From: Basidiobolus meristosporus CBS 931.73
Lineage: Eukaryota > Fungi > Basidiobolomycota
Length of the DNA stretch: 64,000 nt
Reading direction: 5' to 3'
Assembly (NCBI GenBank): GCA_002104905.1
Contig: MCFE01000011.1
Coordinates: 186,001 to 250,000, forward strand
This document shows, one piece after another, positions 1 to 12,939 of this stretch (its first letter is position 1; each line of letters begins with the position of its first letter). Under the pieces are notes generated by a model. The model was not told the DNA's origin. It made no database searches and saw nothing but the letters and a program-made list of their open reading frames with translations. A program made the translations under genes and the position numbers.

Positions 1-819
1 ACTTGATGTTACCTTATGATACGCTCATTCCTATAAGATTCCGGACCATAAGCCAACCAGAGCACTTTGCTATGCTGGAGATCATGCATGGGCGTGGTAT
101 GTTTTGACTTTCATGGTCTGGTGAAGACTGGTAGTAAAATATCATCATTACATACAACCTCAACTACGTTATTACTAAAAATACGCGGATAACTATTGTT
201 TGGTCGGGACTCGGCTGCAACAATGGACCTTAAGAGTCAGCTTTCACACGATGCATCCCTGACAAATTGATCTTCACGTTAGGAGTATTCTCTTCCATCT
301 AATTCGCCATACAATCGATTTGGATAAATATGCTTCAACCCTGCATGGATTTATAGGTTTCTTAATCTTGATGTAAGATCCCAAGGTAAGCCAACTTCTA
401 GGTTATACGCAGACTAATCATTGGCAGAGATATGCATAATAAATGAAATAGCAATGAATGAAAATCGAATTATACTTGTATCCATTATAAGTCATATTGA
501 AGTGACCAGTGCTGTGGTAAGAGGTTGATCTCTAAATGGATGTCACCCAAGTAGATGGGAGAGACTCAAACCTCCCTGTCTACTAGTCCACATATTTTCA
601 AGGAATGTGAAAAGAAGTAGGAGAATTCCTGCAAGTGGGAGAATATAAAAATCGAGGGATTGTACCGGTATATCATTTCAATAATCAATCCCACTCGTTT
701 TCTGACACTTCGTTTGAATCCCTGTCTTTCTTAATTCCCGGTGGCTGCTAATAGATAAAGTTACTCTACACCAAACTCTAGATCGACAAATCCCGGATTA
801 CTCATAGGTCTTCTGAGTC

Positions 820-1785
820 ATGAGGTGGTCTTGTCATCCATTCCTAACTACCTCTGTGCTAGTACTTTTCATTACAAATTGCAATGCGAACACCAGCAGA
901 TTCACTTTCGAAAAATCCTGGTCGCCACATTCCTTGAATTTGACCGAGTGGAATTTCCGTGGCGGCTCGAAAACCTCGTTTGGTAGCGTGTCAACGACAC
1001 AAGACCCCTTCGGCAAAAATAATGATACCTGTTACTCGATTTTCTACGCAAAACAAAGCTATGGAATAGAGGGTGGCAATAACAGTGGTGTCCACGTGAA
1101 CTGTAAGCCATTGGAGGACCAGCGTGCTAATCGAGCGATGCTCAGCTACGAGGTTGGTTTTCCAGCGGATTTCAATTGGGTTAAAGGAGGAAAGTTGCCA
1201 GGTTTATTTGGGGGATCGATCAGCTCGGGATGCACTGGTGGTCGTGAGGCCAATGGCGGAAACTGCTTCTCCATGAGACTAATGTGGCGTGGTGGAGGAG
1301 TCGGTGAAGTGTATGTCTATCTACCCAAAGTGCTCAACACTGACCTATGCGCAAGATCCGATGTTACATGCAACATGGAGTATGGCTCATCGATTGGCAG
1401 GAATTTCAAATTCAAGGCCGGTTCCTGGACCAAGATAGAGCTGTTCGTTCAATTGAATACGGGCAGCGAGCAAAATGGCTACTTGAAATTGTACATTGAT
1501 GGGGAGTTGCGAGTGGATGTAAATAAGCTCATTTATCGTACCTACGACGATATGTTTGTTGATACCATTGAGTTCAGCTCCTTCTTTGGCGGTTCAACTC
1601 CAAACTATGCCACTCCTGTGGACACCAATATCTTCGTCAAGAATATTCAGTTCCAGATCGATTCGGGACTTTTGAATAATAGCTTGATCGCATTAGACAG
1701 TTCTTCAGTTGTAGCAACTTCCCTCGGTTACACCAACCTTATAATGGCCGCAATTTTTGTATTACTAATTTCTACAGCTATATAG
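820..1785 (+). CDS. Polysaccharide lyase family 14 (alginate/glucuronan lyase-like), secreted, hydrophobic C-terminal tail (possible GPI anchor)
   Basis: Intronless 321 aa ORF. It has an N-terminal hydrophobic signal and PL14-type motifs (Y.V.FP.DF.WVKGGKLPGL.GG, CFSMRLMWR, G.WT.IEL.V.LN, FSSFFGGS). The C-terminus is Ser-rich and ends in the hydrophobic stretch LIMAAIFVLLISTAI. Confidence 0.85.
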   Translation: MRWSCHPFLTTSVLVLFITNCNANTSRFTFEKSWSPHSLNLTEWNFRGGSKTSFGSVSTTQDPFGKNNDTCYSIFYAKQSYGIEGGNNSGVHVNCKPLEDQRANRAMLSYEVGFPADFNWVKGGKLPGLFGGSISSGCTGGREANGGNCFSMRLMWRGGGVGEVYVYLPKVLNTDLCARSDVTCNMEYGSSIGRNFKFKAGSWTKIELFVQLNTGSEQNGYLKLYIDGELRVDVNKLIYRTYDDMFVDTIEFSSFFGGSTPNYATPVDTNIFVKNIQFQIDSGLLNNSLIALDSSSVVATSLGYTNLIMAAIFVLLISTAI

Positions 1786-3329
1786 AAGCGTAATTCATAA
1801 AGTGATCGACCGGAGAGCCCTTGTTTATTCCCAATCATAAAATGTAGTAAAATCAACATTTAAACACATCCCTGGGTTATTGTTTCTCTATATCATACAT
1901 GACTTCGCCAATCACGGCCGCCGCTTAGCCTGAAAGTTAGGGCTATGTTCTAGTCAAGATTGGAAACGAATAGAGAATACGGACATTGCTTGATCTTTGA
2001 GCATCTGTACCAGAAAAGTGGTTACACTACTTACCGATAGTCATCATAGAAATTGTGAAGATTTTTCGTAACGATGCGGGACATTTTTCGAGGTGGATAT
2101 TGCCATAGTTCTTTGGATCCGTGCGTTGTACAAAAAGTAAACGGATCCTGTTGGTCTTCTATCCTCCGAATTCCGAGTTTTTGCCGTGAAGAGTGAAGCG
2201 GTCGTGGCTGATACTTTGAATGGATAGAACGATAGAATCTTTGGGCATCACGTAGAAAGGAGGTAGGAACTTGCTGATGCGCCATGATAAGCAAAGCAAC
2301 CTTCAGATTTTTGAATGGGCAAATTAAGCTCCTGTTTGATATTCAGTGGTCAATAGGGGACACACATGCCATATTTAACTTTTTTGCTATGATGCGCTCC
2401 TTTTTGAAGGTCGGCGCAGCATAGGATATAGTCAAAATCATTGCGAACGTGGTGTTTGGAAGTAAAACCGAGGCTATGCTCAGAGGGCTGTCATCACCAA
2501 CCTGGGTCACCATAATCTTGGAGAATCTAATAGCTGTTGATTTCAACTCGATGGGACGTAGTATGTACCTACTATGACAAATCTCAACCCTTTCTCGGTA
2601 GCAACCCCATCACTTCGTTTACATGAGTTCATCGCCTTTGGATAGAAAGAAGTCTAGAACAGTTTGAATGGGTATATTGGTGTCAACATTGTAAAACGAG
2701 TCGTACAGTCTAAGCCACTTTTTTCAACTAATGGCTCTAATATCTGCCTCTGTAATACAGAACACAACCAAGATATAATAATCAGTTAGACATTAGCCAC
2801 CTAAAACAAGTGTTTTCTTGGGTCCCGAGTGATCGCCACATCTTGAGGGTAGAACAATTCTAGTGCCCTCCAATATGTGCATAAATGCATTCAGGGTTTC
2901 GGCTCAACCTGCTACAAACATGTGTATCTGATTCGTATGAAATCCAAGTAATAGATCAGCATGTGAAAAAATATCTCAATAATCGGAATCCCAAATCCTT
3001 TAATAATTGAGGGAACAAGCAAAGATTTCAAGTAAAATTAAATTTATTGATACCGATTGGATACTAGTAGACGAGCATTATTCCTTTAACCGTATCGATT
3101 CAAACTATTGGATAGGCTGAGCTGCTAAAACTGGTCCTGGATAAAACCAGAGTGTAGAAAAGTACACTTTATGTACTGAGGTATAAGAGGGTGAGAGCAA
3201 TGAAGTTTCTCTAAGAACGTTTGAATAAGCTCCCAGAGACTAAAAAGAATACTGCAAATCGGAATGGGTTTTGGTTATATAAGTGATATTGATGATTCGA
3301 TGTTGGCGATTCCTATATTCGATGAAGGC

Positions 3330-4086
3330 TTACATCGAGAAATAGACGAGCCCTAAGCTGAAGAGGCCGAGAAGTGCAGTCATAGTGGAACGGGCAGCGT
3401 TGCTAGTCTTGTTACTTGGTATCGAGCTGGTAGCAGATTTGGATGGGGGTAGAGGTTGGCTAGGTGTGCGAGCAGAAACCGAAGAAGCAGAAGTAGAGGA
3501 GCCTGATGATGAGGTTAATGCACTAGCCGAAGGTTTGCTTGTTCCAGATGAGCCACTAGTAGATGGAGCCACAGTTCCGGAGGAGCCTGATGGAGATGCT
3601 GTACCCGAGGCCAAGCCAGCACTTTTGCTAGGTGAGTCTTTTGAGGCACCGCTATCTCCACTACCTGCCACCAACTCAAAATAAGGACTATATGATACGG
3701 ATCCACCTACACCAGCTCTAATCGCATAATCTTTTCCGGGCTTCAGTGTTGCAGGGATTTTCCATTCATACTGTCCTTTACTAGAATCCACACCCTTGGC
3801 AATTTCCAGCACAAGTTGAAGAGCAGTAGGTGGTCCACTCATTAAGGCCAAATCAAATGTTGCCGCCATTTTAGGTTCTACGCCGTTGTCGGTCCTAATA
3901 ATCCAAATGAATATAGTGGTTTTGGTGGAATGTCCTTGTGGTAATAAGAACTTACCATGTGATAAATTGGGTAGTGCCCTCTTGCCATGACGACATCAAT
4001 GGTGAAGTAATTGCCACATCGCATGTGACATAAGTCATGGCCATAAAGGCGACAGTGGCAATCTTCGCAAAAGTCGTGAACAACAT
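3330..4086 (-). CDS. Ser/Thr-rich GPI-anchored cell-wall protein with Kre9/Knh1-like N-terminal domain (231 aa, 2 exons)
   Basis: Manual model: exon 4086-3956, GT-AG intron 3955-3895 (61 nt), exon 3894-3330. Joined protein MLFTTFAKIATVAFMAMTYVTCDVAITSPLMSSWQEGTTQFITW|TDNGVEPK..TFDLALMSG..G.YEWKIP..YAIR..YSPYF, followed by a Ser-rich stalk and a hydrophobic GPI-type C-terminus. Confidence 0.85.
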
Positions 4087-6598
4087 AACAGCGGTGCGTT
4101 TGTTCAATGGCAGTGTCAAGGTCAGCAATGATTTTTATCAGATCAGAAGAAATCTGCTGGTAATAAAATGGTATTGCTGGAGATCTGACTTTCAAGCGAA
4201 TTCCAGTGAAGGCTTTTATAACCAAGTGGTTGCATGGGTGAGCCAGCAATCTCTAGACCAAAGAGTAAGTCTTGCATTATTAGGAGGATCTATGACAAGT
4301 CATGCGAGTTTAGTACAAATTTCGCGGAATGCATTAATGTATAGCTCCCTCCTGCATCAACTCTGGTCGAAATGTCTTCGAACAATTATGTACTCCCAGA
4401 GTTATTTTAGCCTTATTCTTAAGTTTAAGTCCAATTCTTCTGAAAATGGGCATATTATGTTATACTTGGGATATACCCTTGAAATGATATTTCCGAGAAA
4501 CAATTATAATACTGGGGAGCGAGCCCTTATCGGTGCACCCAGAAGAATGCTGCCAGTTTTCAATACTTCTACGCGCAGCTTTATACCTATATTCACGAGA
4601 TGCTATGCAAAATTTCGTGTTTAGTTAAAGAGAACACATCGAATAAATATAATGGCATCATGTCTTGAGGAACTCACAATGTCAAATCTGTATCAATTAC
4701 GAATTACGAATAGTAGCCATCGATCTCCTTCCCAACTGAGGAAAGATGCTTAATGGTTTCAATTCTCCACAGTGAAGGCCACAGCGTCTACTCCATGCTT
4801 GATCGCACCTCAAACCGACGGTAATACTAAGACAACTCTATTTCGAAATAACCTCCTGTATTTTCTAAAAACCTCAAACCCCAACTATACTTTACAGATT
4901 TAGAATATTGTGCTGTGGCAAGATGTAAGATTTGGTGGGGGAACGAGGGGATTCCCCTGTTGATGCACCTTTTAAGGGATGTAGCTATTCCCATATTGAA
5001 ATGCGCCCATTTGCAAACCCTTTCCGTCATACTATTGCCTTAAGAGGCACGAATCAGCAATTATTACTCCGGAAGATACATGACGCAAGGCATTTCAGTA
5101 ACCGACCAAGGCCAAGGTAAGGCCAGTACTTTGTTTCTTGAAAACATGTCGAAGATCTTATAGACACCCTGTAGAAATCAATTTCCCACCAGTTCATGGA
5201 AAACATTCAGTCTTTGTTTAAATGCTAAATATATTGAAGTTGATGCCTAAGTGAGAACTGTATTGAGATTATCACCAAACTACTCACTATTCCATAATTG
5301 TCATGTATACCTGTTTCGCCGTTTTGTCACTCTAGTCAAATAGTAGTTGATTAAAAAGGGAAATAACCGATTGTTAGATTTGTGAGAGCAACCATACACA
5401 TACAACCTTGTGTACGCTTTTGAAATTCCAGATCTTGATAGGGGCATTCAGACGCCCGGGTCGTGGAGTCAGTGAATAGTGTGAATACAGGGTTTAATTT
5501 TGATGGATATGTACTGGGATCGAGCCGAGGGCAATGGCTATTTTAGGTCCTAATCAGCTACAAATAGGAAAGCGGCATTTCAAGTATGCTTGGAGTTAGC
5601 CTATGACCAAGGAAAAATCAGGGAGTTCCGAATTCAAGCGGAAAATACCGACTACGTCAGCGTTTTCGATACCAAATCTAAATGAGCATATTCTCACATC
5701 TTCACTTCGCACAAGTACATTCCCCTCCATGTGGTTGGTAATACTTGCCAACTAGACCGTAGCTGTTCAATTTGCAAGCAGGTTATTGCGAGTAGACGGA
5801 GTGGAAATGGGTACCAACCTATTAGAAGTTGCCTTATGATGATGTTTATTCTGAGATTCTCGTAGTGGTGATAATTGGTTGCTATCAGGCTACTAGGGGT
5901 ACTTGTGTAATTCAGAACTTCAAGAACCGTTTAGTCGAAACCAAATTAGTATTAATTTGATACGTAGCCTCTTAGGAAGACATTTGAGAGTGTAAGCCTC
6001 ATAACCAGCACCCCTCTTTACAGACGACCGAAGCGCATTCAATATCCCTTATTCAACATCGTATGCGCGCAATATTAGGTCTGATTTGGCACTGTGAAGG
6101 GAAACCATCTAGCTCAAATATTCTATTCCCTAGAATATAAGGTCAAATCAGCAAACTGCAAGAATAATGGGTTAGGGGTTTCTTTTTGGTCAGTACTCCC
6201 TACTTGCTCATAATTCTTATCTATAACAGATGACGTTAAACAGGAGCCTGTTCACCCAAGAGATACGTTTCTCATCCGCCCTAAGCTTGCTACTGGTTAT
6301 ACCAAATGCTTGTTTGGGGAAATTTGGCATCCAGCCAGTTTGATAGCATTTGTCCCGGATTCGAGAGCCACTAGTTCATGTGATATTGGGTACATCCATA
6401 TGACGAATATATCAGAAGATTTGAAATTGTGACTTTAATTTATTTTAAGTTTCGATTCCCACCTAATGAAATCTGTATCTGATGTTTCATCAGAGAAGAT
6501 GGAGCTGAACATTTATAAAGGGCCGTGACCTCAGAAGAGTTTCTGGACAGTTCACATTCCCCATTATTCAAAGATCTATTTAGAGCACAGAAAGTCTT

Positions 6599-7667
6599 AT
6601 GATTTATGAAGAAATTCTCCAGGTACGCCTGAATAATGAAGTAGTCGTCATGCATGGAAGTCCTGAGGATTCGGTCGGCTCAGTCGTTTCCGGCTTCGTG
6701 CTGTTTACTCCCTCAAAGTCAATCAAAGTCCGCTATATTTGTTTAAAATTACAAGGAACTTTAAGCCTAGAAAATTCGCAAGGTTCTATATTAGTAGAAT
6801 CCAGAATCTCAAGTGCCTGATGCTAACGCTCACTTAATTTCTGTAGAACTTTATGGAGCATATAGGACTCTGACACAGGATAAATTATTGCTCCTTGGTC
6901 CCGGCATAGGCTATCATTGCTTTGAAGCTCAGCAACAGTACCGATTTGATTTTGAACTACCACTCAAAGGGAGTCTTCCGGAAACGGTAGAGGTTCCATA
7001 CGGGAGAATATTATATCAAGTGTCAGTAACAGTAGTACGTCCGTTCCCTTTTACCAACATCAGGAGACACCGAAGTTTTCGAGTCGAGCGAGTGTATCTA
7101 CCAACTGAAGTCCCTGAAATTAGTAACCATTCATCGGGCATCTGGGGCAAATTCATATATTATCATATTAGTGTTCCACAAGCCATAGCTACCATAGGCA
7201 ATACACTGACAATCACCGCCAAGTATGTGTTCAAGTCGTATTCGTTAAAACTAGACAAAATCAGTTTACGCTTAATGGAAATCACCACATATCGCCATCC
7301 GACAACCATGATCGAGACTTATGAGTGTACGCAGCTGGCCCGCGGAAAGAAGAATTTTTCAGAGATGCGTAGCAAACACGAGCTGTGCATTAGAGAAAGG
7401 ATAACGATCAAGATACCGACGTTATCTGGATGCAACTGTGAAACGAACTTTATATCTGTGAGCCATAAGCTGATGGTCAAGACCAGGTTCATCGGCAACG
7501 ATAACCGAAAATGGTCGGCGATGGTTGAGATACCTGTAGTGTTACAAAGCCCTATACAACATGAGCTGTCTTGCAGCCCACCAAGATACTCTAACATAAG
7601 TGCCGAATTCTTCGGTGCTACTCCTCCACCTGCTTACGAGTCGAAAGAAACAATAACATGCACGTAA
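6599..7667 (+). CDS. Alpha-arrestin (ART/Rsp5 adaptor) no.1, 2 exons
   Basis: Exon 6599-6782, phase-1 intron 6783-6846 (GT..CTAAC..TAG), exon 6847-7667. Arrestin-N motifs: G.V.F....IKV..I.LKL.G, Y.F.F.LP..LPET.....G.I.Y. The tail carries the PY motifs SPPRY and PPPAY. Confidence 0.85.
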
Positions 7668-8732
7668 GTAGTTGCCACTTGGACGTACCCAACATGGTAT
7701 TAGATACACGAGTATTGCGGATATAATTAATTCATCCCGATAAGCCACCGCCTATTTGGAGAGCCATACCGATTGTTTATTTGTAAATTATAGTTACATT
7801 TCGTACTAAGCCCTCGTTTGAGGAAACGATTGCCCAAGCAATGTAAAGCCCTAAGTATTGTACAAACTGAATTAAACCTTTGATCATTAAGTCATCGATT
7901 TTTTGAACACCTAAGACAGTATCCCGACCCCGAGTTACAGATGTTTCCCCCAAGTTCCAAATCTCAAGCGCAAGTGCGGATGTATTTTCCACGTTGACCA
8001 AACACAAATCGATGGAAACTTGGCTATTCAGATGGCCGTATCTAACCACAGATATGTCCACCACTTGTAATCGGTAATTGCCCGCCCACCTAGAAAACAC
8101 CTGATTTCGAAACATTCCAGCAAAGAAACCAGGCAACAGCATGTAGGCGGCTTGACAACTGCGGTTCTTTGCTTCTACATTGATGGAACACCGTATGCTG
8201 TCATTCCTAATACTCCCATCCAACGTTAAATTCGCATATGATCGATCAAAAACGGGTATGGCTGAGAATAAAGAATATCATGCTGGTTTTTCCATTGTTA
8301 GCATGTGCAAAAATAGAATGACCAATATGAATCATATCGGAGAACAACGTGAATTACGTAGATAGTGCGCAGCAGATGGCTTGCTAATATCTAAGGTTTT
8401 ACTGGTGATGAATTCTGCTAGATGTGAAAGAAGACATACTCCTCAACCCCTTTTCCCTTCGGGTCCCCTTGATTTATGATCAGTTAGCGCGAACCAATTT
8501 ATCTCGTGGAAGCGGATTGGTAATAACATTGATTTCAATGCGAGATATCTGGAGAATTTCCAACAACGCGGTTTTTGCAACAAGGGGAAAGACAATGAGG
8601 AAATCAAGGGGGTATGGTAGTATAAAGAGCAGGAGTGGGAATATCTGTCAGTAAATTCCTTATTCTTTTACCGGATAGCACTCCGCTACGCTCAAATTAT
8701 CAGCCCAGATCGTATTCTTCAGTTCTCCAAGT

Positions 8733-9083
8733 ATGTTTGAATGGATCACAAGCCTCCTCTACCAGAAGAAAGTCGATCCCGAGGATGCCACCGCTATTGA
8801 TGAAGATTGGCTGTTTCTGAATCTGGACGGGAGCGTTTCTCAATTTCCGGTCAATACAGAAAAGAAGAAGAAACCCTTCACTAAGGCTGACTACGAAATT
8901 GTTGAGAAGCTATATTATCGCCTCCAGTCCAGCCACCGGGATATAACAAGGGAATACCTTCCGATGATTCGAGACCGTGAACGTAAAATGATAAAAGCCA
9001 ATCGACAACACGGCACGCGTGCGAGATGCTCCGATTTCTTTAGAAACCCTAGCCTGAGATCCTGGCAATTGAGTACTTTTTAG
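8733..9083 (+). CDS. Hypothetical 116 aa protein with an acidic W-x-x-L (AIM/LIR-like) motif
   Basis: ATG-initiated intronless ORF with TATAAA at 8621-8626. It contains DEDWLFL near the N-terminus and a basic C-terminal half. I do not recognise the family. Confidence 0.55.
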   Translation: MFEWITSLLYQKKVDPEDATAIDEDWLFLNLDGSVSQFPVNTEKKKKPFTKADYEIVEKLYYRLQSSHRDITREYLPMIRDRERKMIKANRQHGTRARCSDFFRNPSLRSWQLSTF

Positions 9084-9601
9084 ATAATGACAGGGCTAGC
9101 GGTACTCAGCTTTTTGGTGTCAAACATCCAAGAGCTTGTACTAAACTCTAGAGTCTATTTTGAACTATACACAATACCATCAAGAATGTATTCTCCAGTC
9201 ACCTATACATTGTTACATTCTTGTATTCTTCGTATACTTCATTAATTGTTCCAAATAAAGGCCATAATAAGAGATGCTGCTGGAGATTTGGAATCTTATA
9301 ACTGGTAGACGAATCCTTCTACAGCACACTAACAAATCACAAAGAAAATTCTATCCCAAATGCATCTAGCTATATTCTCTTCAGACTATTTCTTCAGGTC
9401 CATATATGTGGTAGGAGTTGCTTGAGGGCCAGGAATATTGGTTGAGCTGAATTGTAAGGAATTTTATTGAAACAAGCTTGCCCTTGTCAGCAAATAACAA
9501 TGTACAAGCAGTCATATTGCACCAGTTCACCTGCACCATAGATTGGGAGGTACTGTGATTAAAGGGTCATTTCTACTGTACTGCAGTATCCGTGGTTATA
9601 G

Positions 9602-9617
9602 ATATATATATATATAT
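9602..9617. repeat. (AT)8 microsatellite
   Basis: The run atatatatatatatat is read directly from the sequence. Confidence 0.8.
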
Positions 9618-11840
9618 TTATTTATCTAGTACAACAGCATAGTGCTAGTGTCTTCAAACTGAAAAGTATATGTTTGTAAACGCTTTACCTTGATATTGGA
9701 TTAGACATAATGTATACTAGGCGAGCCAAGAAATAATCCTCAAAATTAACAGGATCAAACGAGCTTGCATTCACCTGATGTCCTGAATAGAACGGATATC
9801 CTCAAAATTGAAGAGCTATGAGAAAATTACCTCAACCTTATTTTGAGATGGTGGTTAATTCCATCATCTATTGCCGTTTGAAATTAAGGTTCCGTTCCGA
9901 CATGGTTACTATCGATTTTAGATCAACCGGATCTCATACATTAGATAGAAGTGATTTGATGCCACAACCTTATCATTAGGATTGGGTAAGTTGTGAGTGG
10001 CTACAGCAATTAAGGGACTACACAACTTCAGAAAATGTGGTTAATGTCTAAAACAAGGACCCCAGTCGTATGCAGGTTACTTGTATGACCACAACTTTGT
10101 GTATTTTGTCGATAGGTTTGGAAGGAAGTTGATTACTCAACAGAGGATATAGAAATGTATTGGCACTCGGCTTTAAGAAAGCAATGGAGATAATTGGCTG
10201 AGTATTGTGGTGAATTAGTAATTTCCCTGAGATGCTAGTTCTGGTTGATTTGTACTGGTTTGAACCGTTTACTTGTGTGCGACAGGTTCAATGCTGACAG
10301 GTGAGAAAACGAATGTAGCCACAGACGAAGTGCGAGTTGATGAGAAGATTACAATGCCAAACTAAAGCACGTGTTTCCAGCAAAGGGGTTCAAATGGTTA
10401 TGAGAAAATTCTAGCACAAGGCTATTCATGTGGATAAAGCATCGCACTGAACAGAGACAAGACAGAGCAGATTTCACCATGAAAGAAAGGACTGCCCTAA
10501 GGGATTTAGTGAGACAAGGTCTCCTTGTTCTATCAGCTCGAGAGCCCCTTATTGAAGGAGAGGTGGTAAGGGACTAATGCAAGTTTACTATTCATCTCGA
10601 TTTAACTGATATATACCCTCAATTAGCTTTTCTCACATTTCATTTGAGTATTCTAAGCTAATGCATTAAGGGAAGGGAGAGACCTCGATTTCTATTCTTG
10701 TAAGTCACTGCATCAGCTGTCAAAATGTTTATTTTGAATAGAAACAATACTGTCTCAACAGTTGTTAAACGATCCGGTTTAGTAGACAGATTAAACCTGC
10801 AGAGAAGCTGCGCTCGGTTAATTTGTTCTACAAGCTTGTAATGTCAATGTGATCACGGCAACTGCTCACATGATAGGGTCGCTACGGTTAGATTCGAAAT
10901 AATTCAACTAACAGGTGATAAGATTATGAGGGATAATCCTATCACAACGCAACATCCGTATCACTAAGCTTATTGTACTCTTTGAAGAATTCTCATCATA
11001 TTGCCTTTCGGAATGAAATCAAGACACTTCAATATAGCCAAGTTCATTCCGGTTCAATTCCGTGACCGTCATTCAGATAAACCAAAAGCCTTTGATATTG
11101 AATCAGTTTTGGATTCACAGCTTAACTTTGACCACCCTAAATTCAGTGTGGTCGGATGGAGCTCCGGCGCATGTCAATAGTGGATGGGAAATCGCCAAAT
11201 TCACTGTGATTAGTCGAGAGATTGACAGTTGTCTGGTGAAACCACGCTAGGGTAATTAATTCAGGGAAGGCGGATGTGAAAGTTGTAGTATTGCCAGGGC
11301 TCATTCCATGAATCACAATATCCGCTCCTCCGGCTTCATACTGCAAAGTACGTGTTTTGATACTTCACACGAAGCTTTACTTGAAACGCGGGATCTTTTA
11401 AAATTCAGACTCAACACAATTTCTCCGCTCTCGTCCTGATTTATCCAGACTGATAAGCTCAAGTGTTTCTCTGCGTATTTAACCGCCTTGAGGAAGTCAA
11501 ATCTCGCCTGGAGTAATACCTTACCCACATTACGAGACTCAAGGTTTCATCAGAACGTCATTCTATTTGGCATTGTGCTCTCCACACTCAATCCGAAGTC
11601 GCATGTTTTAATGGGCGTTGTAAACCTGCCTATTTAAAATATGGGCTAGTCGTATCGTATTTCGCATCGACAAATCACCATTGTATTTTCGGTGGATTCC
11701 AGCACTTCTGTCAGCCTGGACTGTGAAAATGAACTGAACATGAATATTTATAATCAATGCGTATTACTGTTGAATTTTCCGCTCCATTAAGTCGTTGAGG
11801 CAACAAAACCTGTAAAACTCGCCTTCATATGATATTCCGG

Positions 11841-11850
11841 TATATATAAA
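11841..11850 (+). promoter_or_regulatory. TATA box of alpha-arrestin no.2
   Basis: TATATATAAA lies about 90 nt upstream of ATG 11941 and is followed by a pyrimidine-rich leader. Confidence 0.6.
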
Positions 11851-11940
11851 GGGTCATTACTTCCCCGGCGATGAAGCAAAATTTTCTAACTTAACTTTTA
11901 CCTAACTGTTTTCTTCTATTTCCCAACTTCGCCCCTCCCC

Positions 11941-12939
11941 ATGCCCGGCCCTTTCATTAAAATCCACCTTAACAATCCATATTTTTCCCTTTATGGTTGT
12001 CCATCGACCTCGGCTGGAAAGGCTCTAAAAGGAACGGTAGTAGTTCACTTGAAACGAGCCACCAGAATAAGGTCGTTGAAATTGAGCCTGCTTGGAGAAA
12101 GTAATGTTGATTGGATATATAGCGCAGCACTGTTGAATAGGAAGTGTCGATTTAAGAGTATATTGGCTGACATGTCACTGATCCTGTTAGAGTGCAATCC
12201 AAACTATCACATCCTACCTCCCGGAGAGCATGAATTCCCCTTCGAGTTCGCGTTGGATGGAGACTTGATGGAAACGATCTCTACTCAGGTTGTTAGATGT
12301 CACTATTTTCTTACGGCCGTTGCGGAAAGACCACATTTTCAAACGAATCTCACAACCAAAAAAGAGGTGTTAGTTAAGCGCTTCTATCCACAGGAAGATG
12401 ACCCAATAATATTATCTGAGGCCATTTCCAACCTGGTGAACATCGAGGTATTTGCTCATAAGAAGGTGTATGGTTTAGGTGATGTTATTCCCATCAACAT
12501 CCGGTGCATCCCATTGTCGAGTAACGTGGATGTCAGAATTAACTGCGCTATCAAAGAGATTACCACTTATCGCAAACCAGAAAGCTCTAAAACAAATGTC
12601 GAAAAACGATGGTATAGAGCTCTGTTTGAAAATGACTACGTGCCAGCGCTGTTTGACAGGTCGATCGACTTCCCAATTCACTCTCACAGTGTGAAATTTG
12701 ATTGTACTACCCCGTATGTTGAAACGAGGCATGAGATAGTCATCAAAGTCGAGGCCAAATCTCCCAAGGACTCCGATAACTATTTCCTCAAACTTCCGGT
12801 GTTCATTTTATCTGATTCATTTGACAAAATCTATGAGACCCTTCCTGAGTATCGCCCTTCAATTGATACGTCAAGGAATATGTATTCGCTATCTATCAAT
12901 CCCCCCTCATATACTTCCCTAAACCAAATTCTAGTTTAA
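11941..12939 (+). CDS. Alpha-arrestin no.2, intronless (332 aa)
   Basis: Arrestin N and C motifs (LKGTVVVHLKRATRIRSLKL.L.G, LPPGEHEFPFEF.L.GDL.ET, C.T..V...H.I.I.V). The tail carries the PY motifs LPEY and PPSY. Confidence 0.9.
   Translation: MPGPFIKIHLNNPYFSLYGCPSTSAGKALKGTVVVHLKRATRIRSLKLSLLGESNVDWIYSAALLNRKCRFKSILADMSLILLECNPNYHILPPGEHEFPFEFALDGDLMETISTQVVRCHYFLTAVAERPHFQTNLTTKKEVLVKRFYPQEDDPIILSEAISNLVNIEVFAHKKVYGLGDVIPINIRCIPLSSNVDVRINCAIKEITTYRKPESSKTNVEKRWYRALFENDYVPALFDRSIDFPIHSHSVKFDCTTPYVETRHEIVIKVEAKSPKDSDNYFLKLPVFILSDSFDKIYETLPEYRPSIDTSRNMYSLSINPPSYTSLNQILV

Noticed and set aside
340-420. Plus-strand peptide FLNLDVRSQGKPTSRLYAD, resembling the FLD.....G...T.LY.K motif of Penelope-like reverse transcriptases
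   Set aside because: It is a single short motif bounded by stops, and I could not find the YxDD core nearby. Too weak without a frameshift-aware HMM search.
2031-2720. Minus-strand fragments (SFYNVDTNIPIQTVLDFF; DDSPLSIAS; ELWQYPPRK) loosely like a degraded retroelement RT
   Set aside because: The fragments are in different frames with many stops and no intact catalytic motif, so I cannot support it as a feature.
3385-4624. Plus-strand ORFs 3385-3684 and 4037-4624, and minus ORF 3878-4249
   Set aside because: These are antisense or alternative-frame shadows of the spliced GPI wall-protein gene (4086-3330).
11062-11528. Overlapping 60-70 aa ORFs on both strands upstream of arrestin no.2
   Set aside because: No recognisable motif, no coherent splice model, and non-ATG starts.
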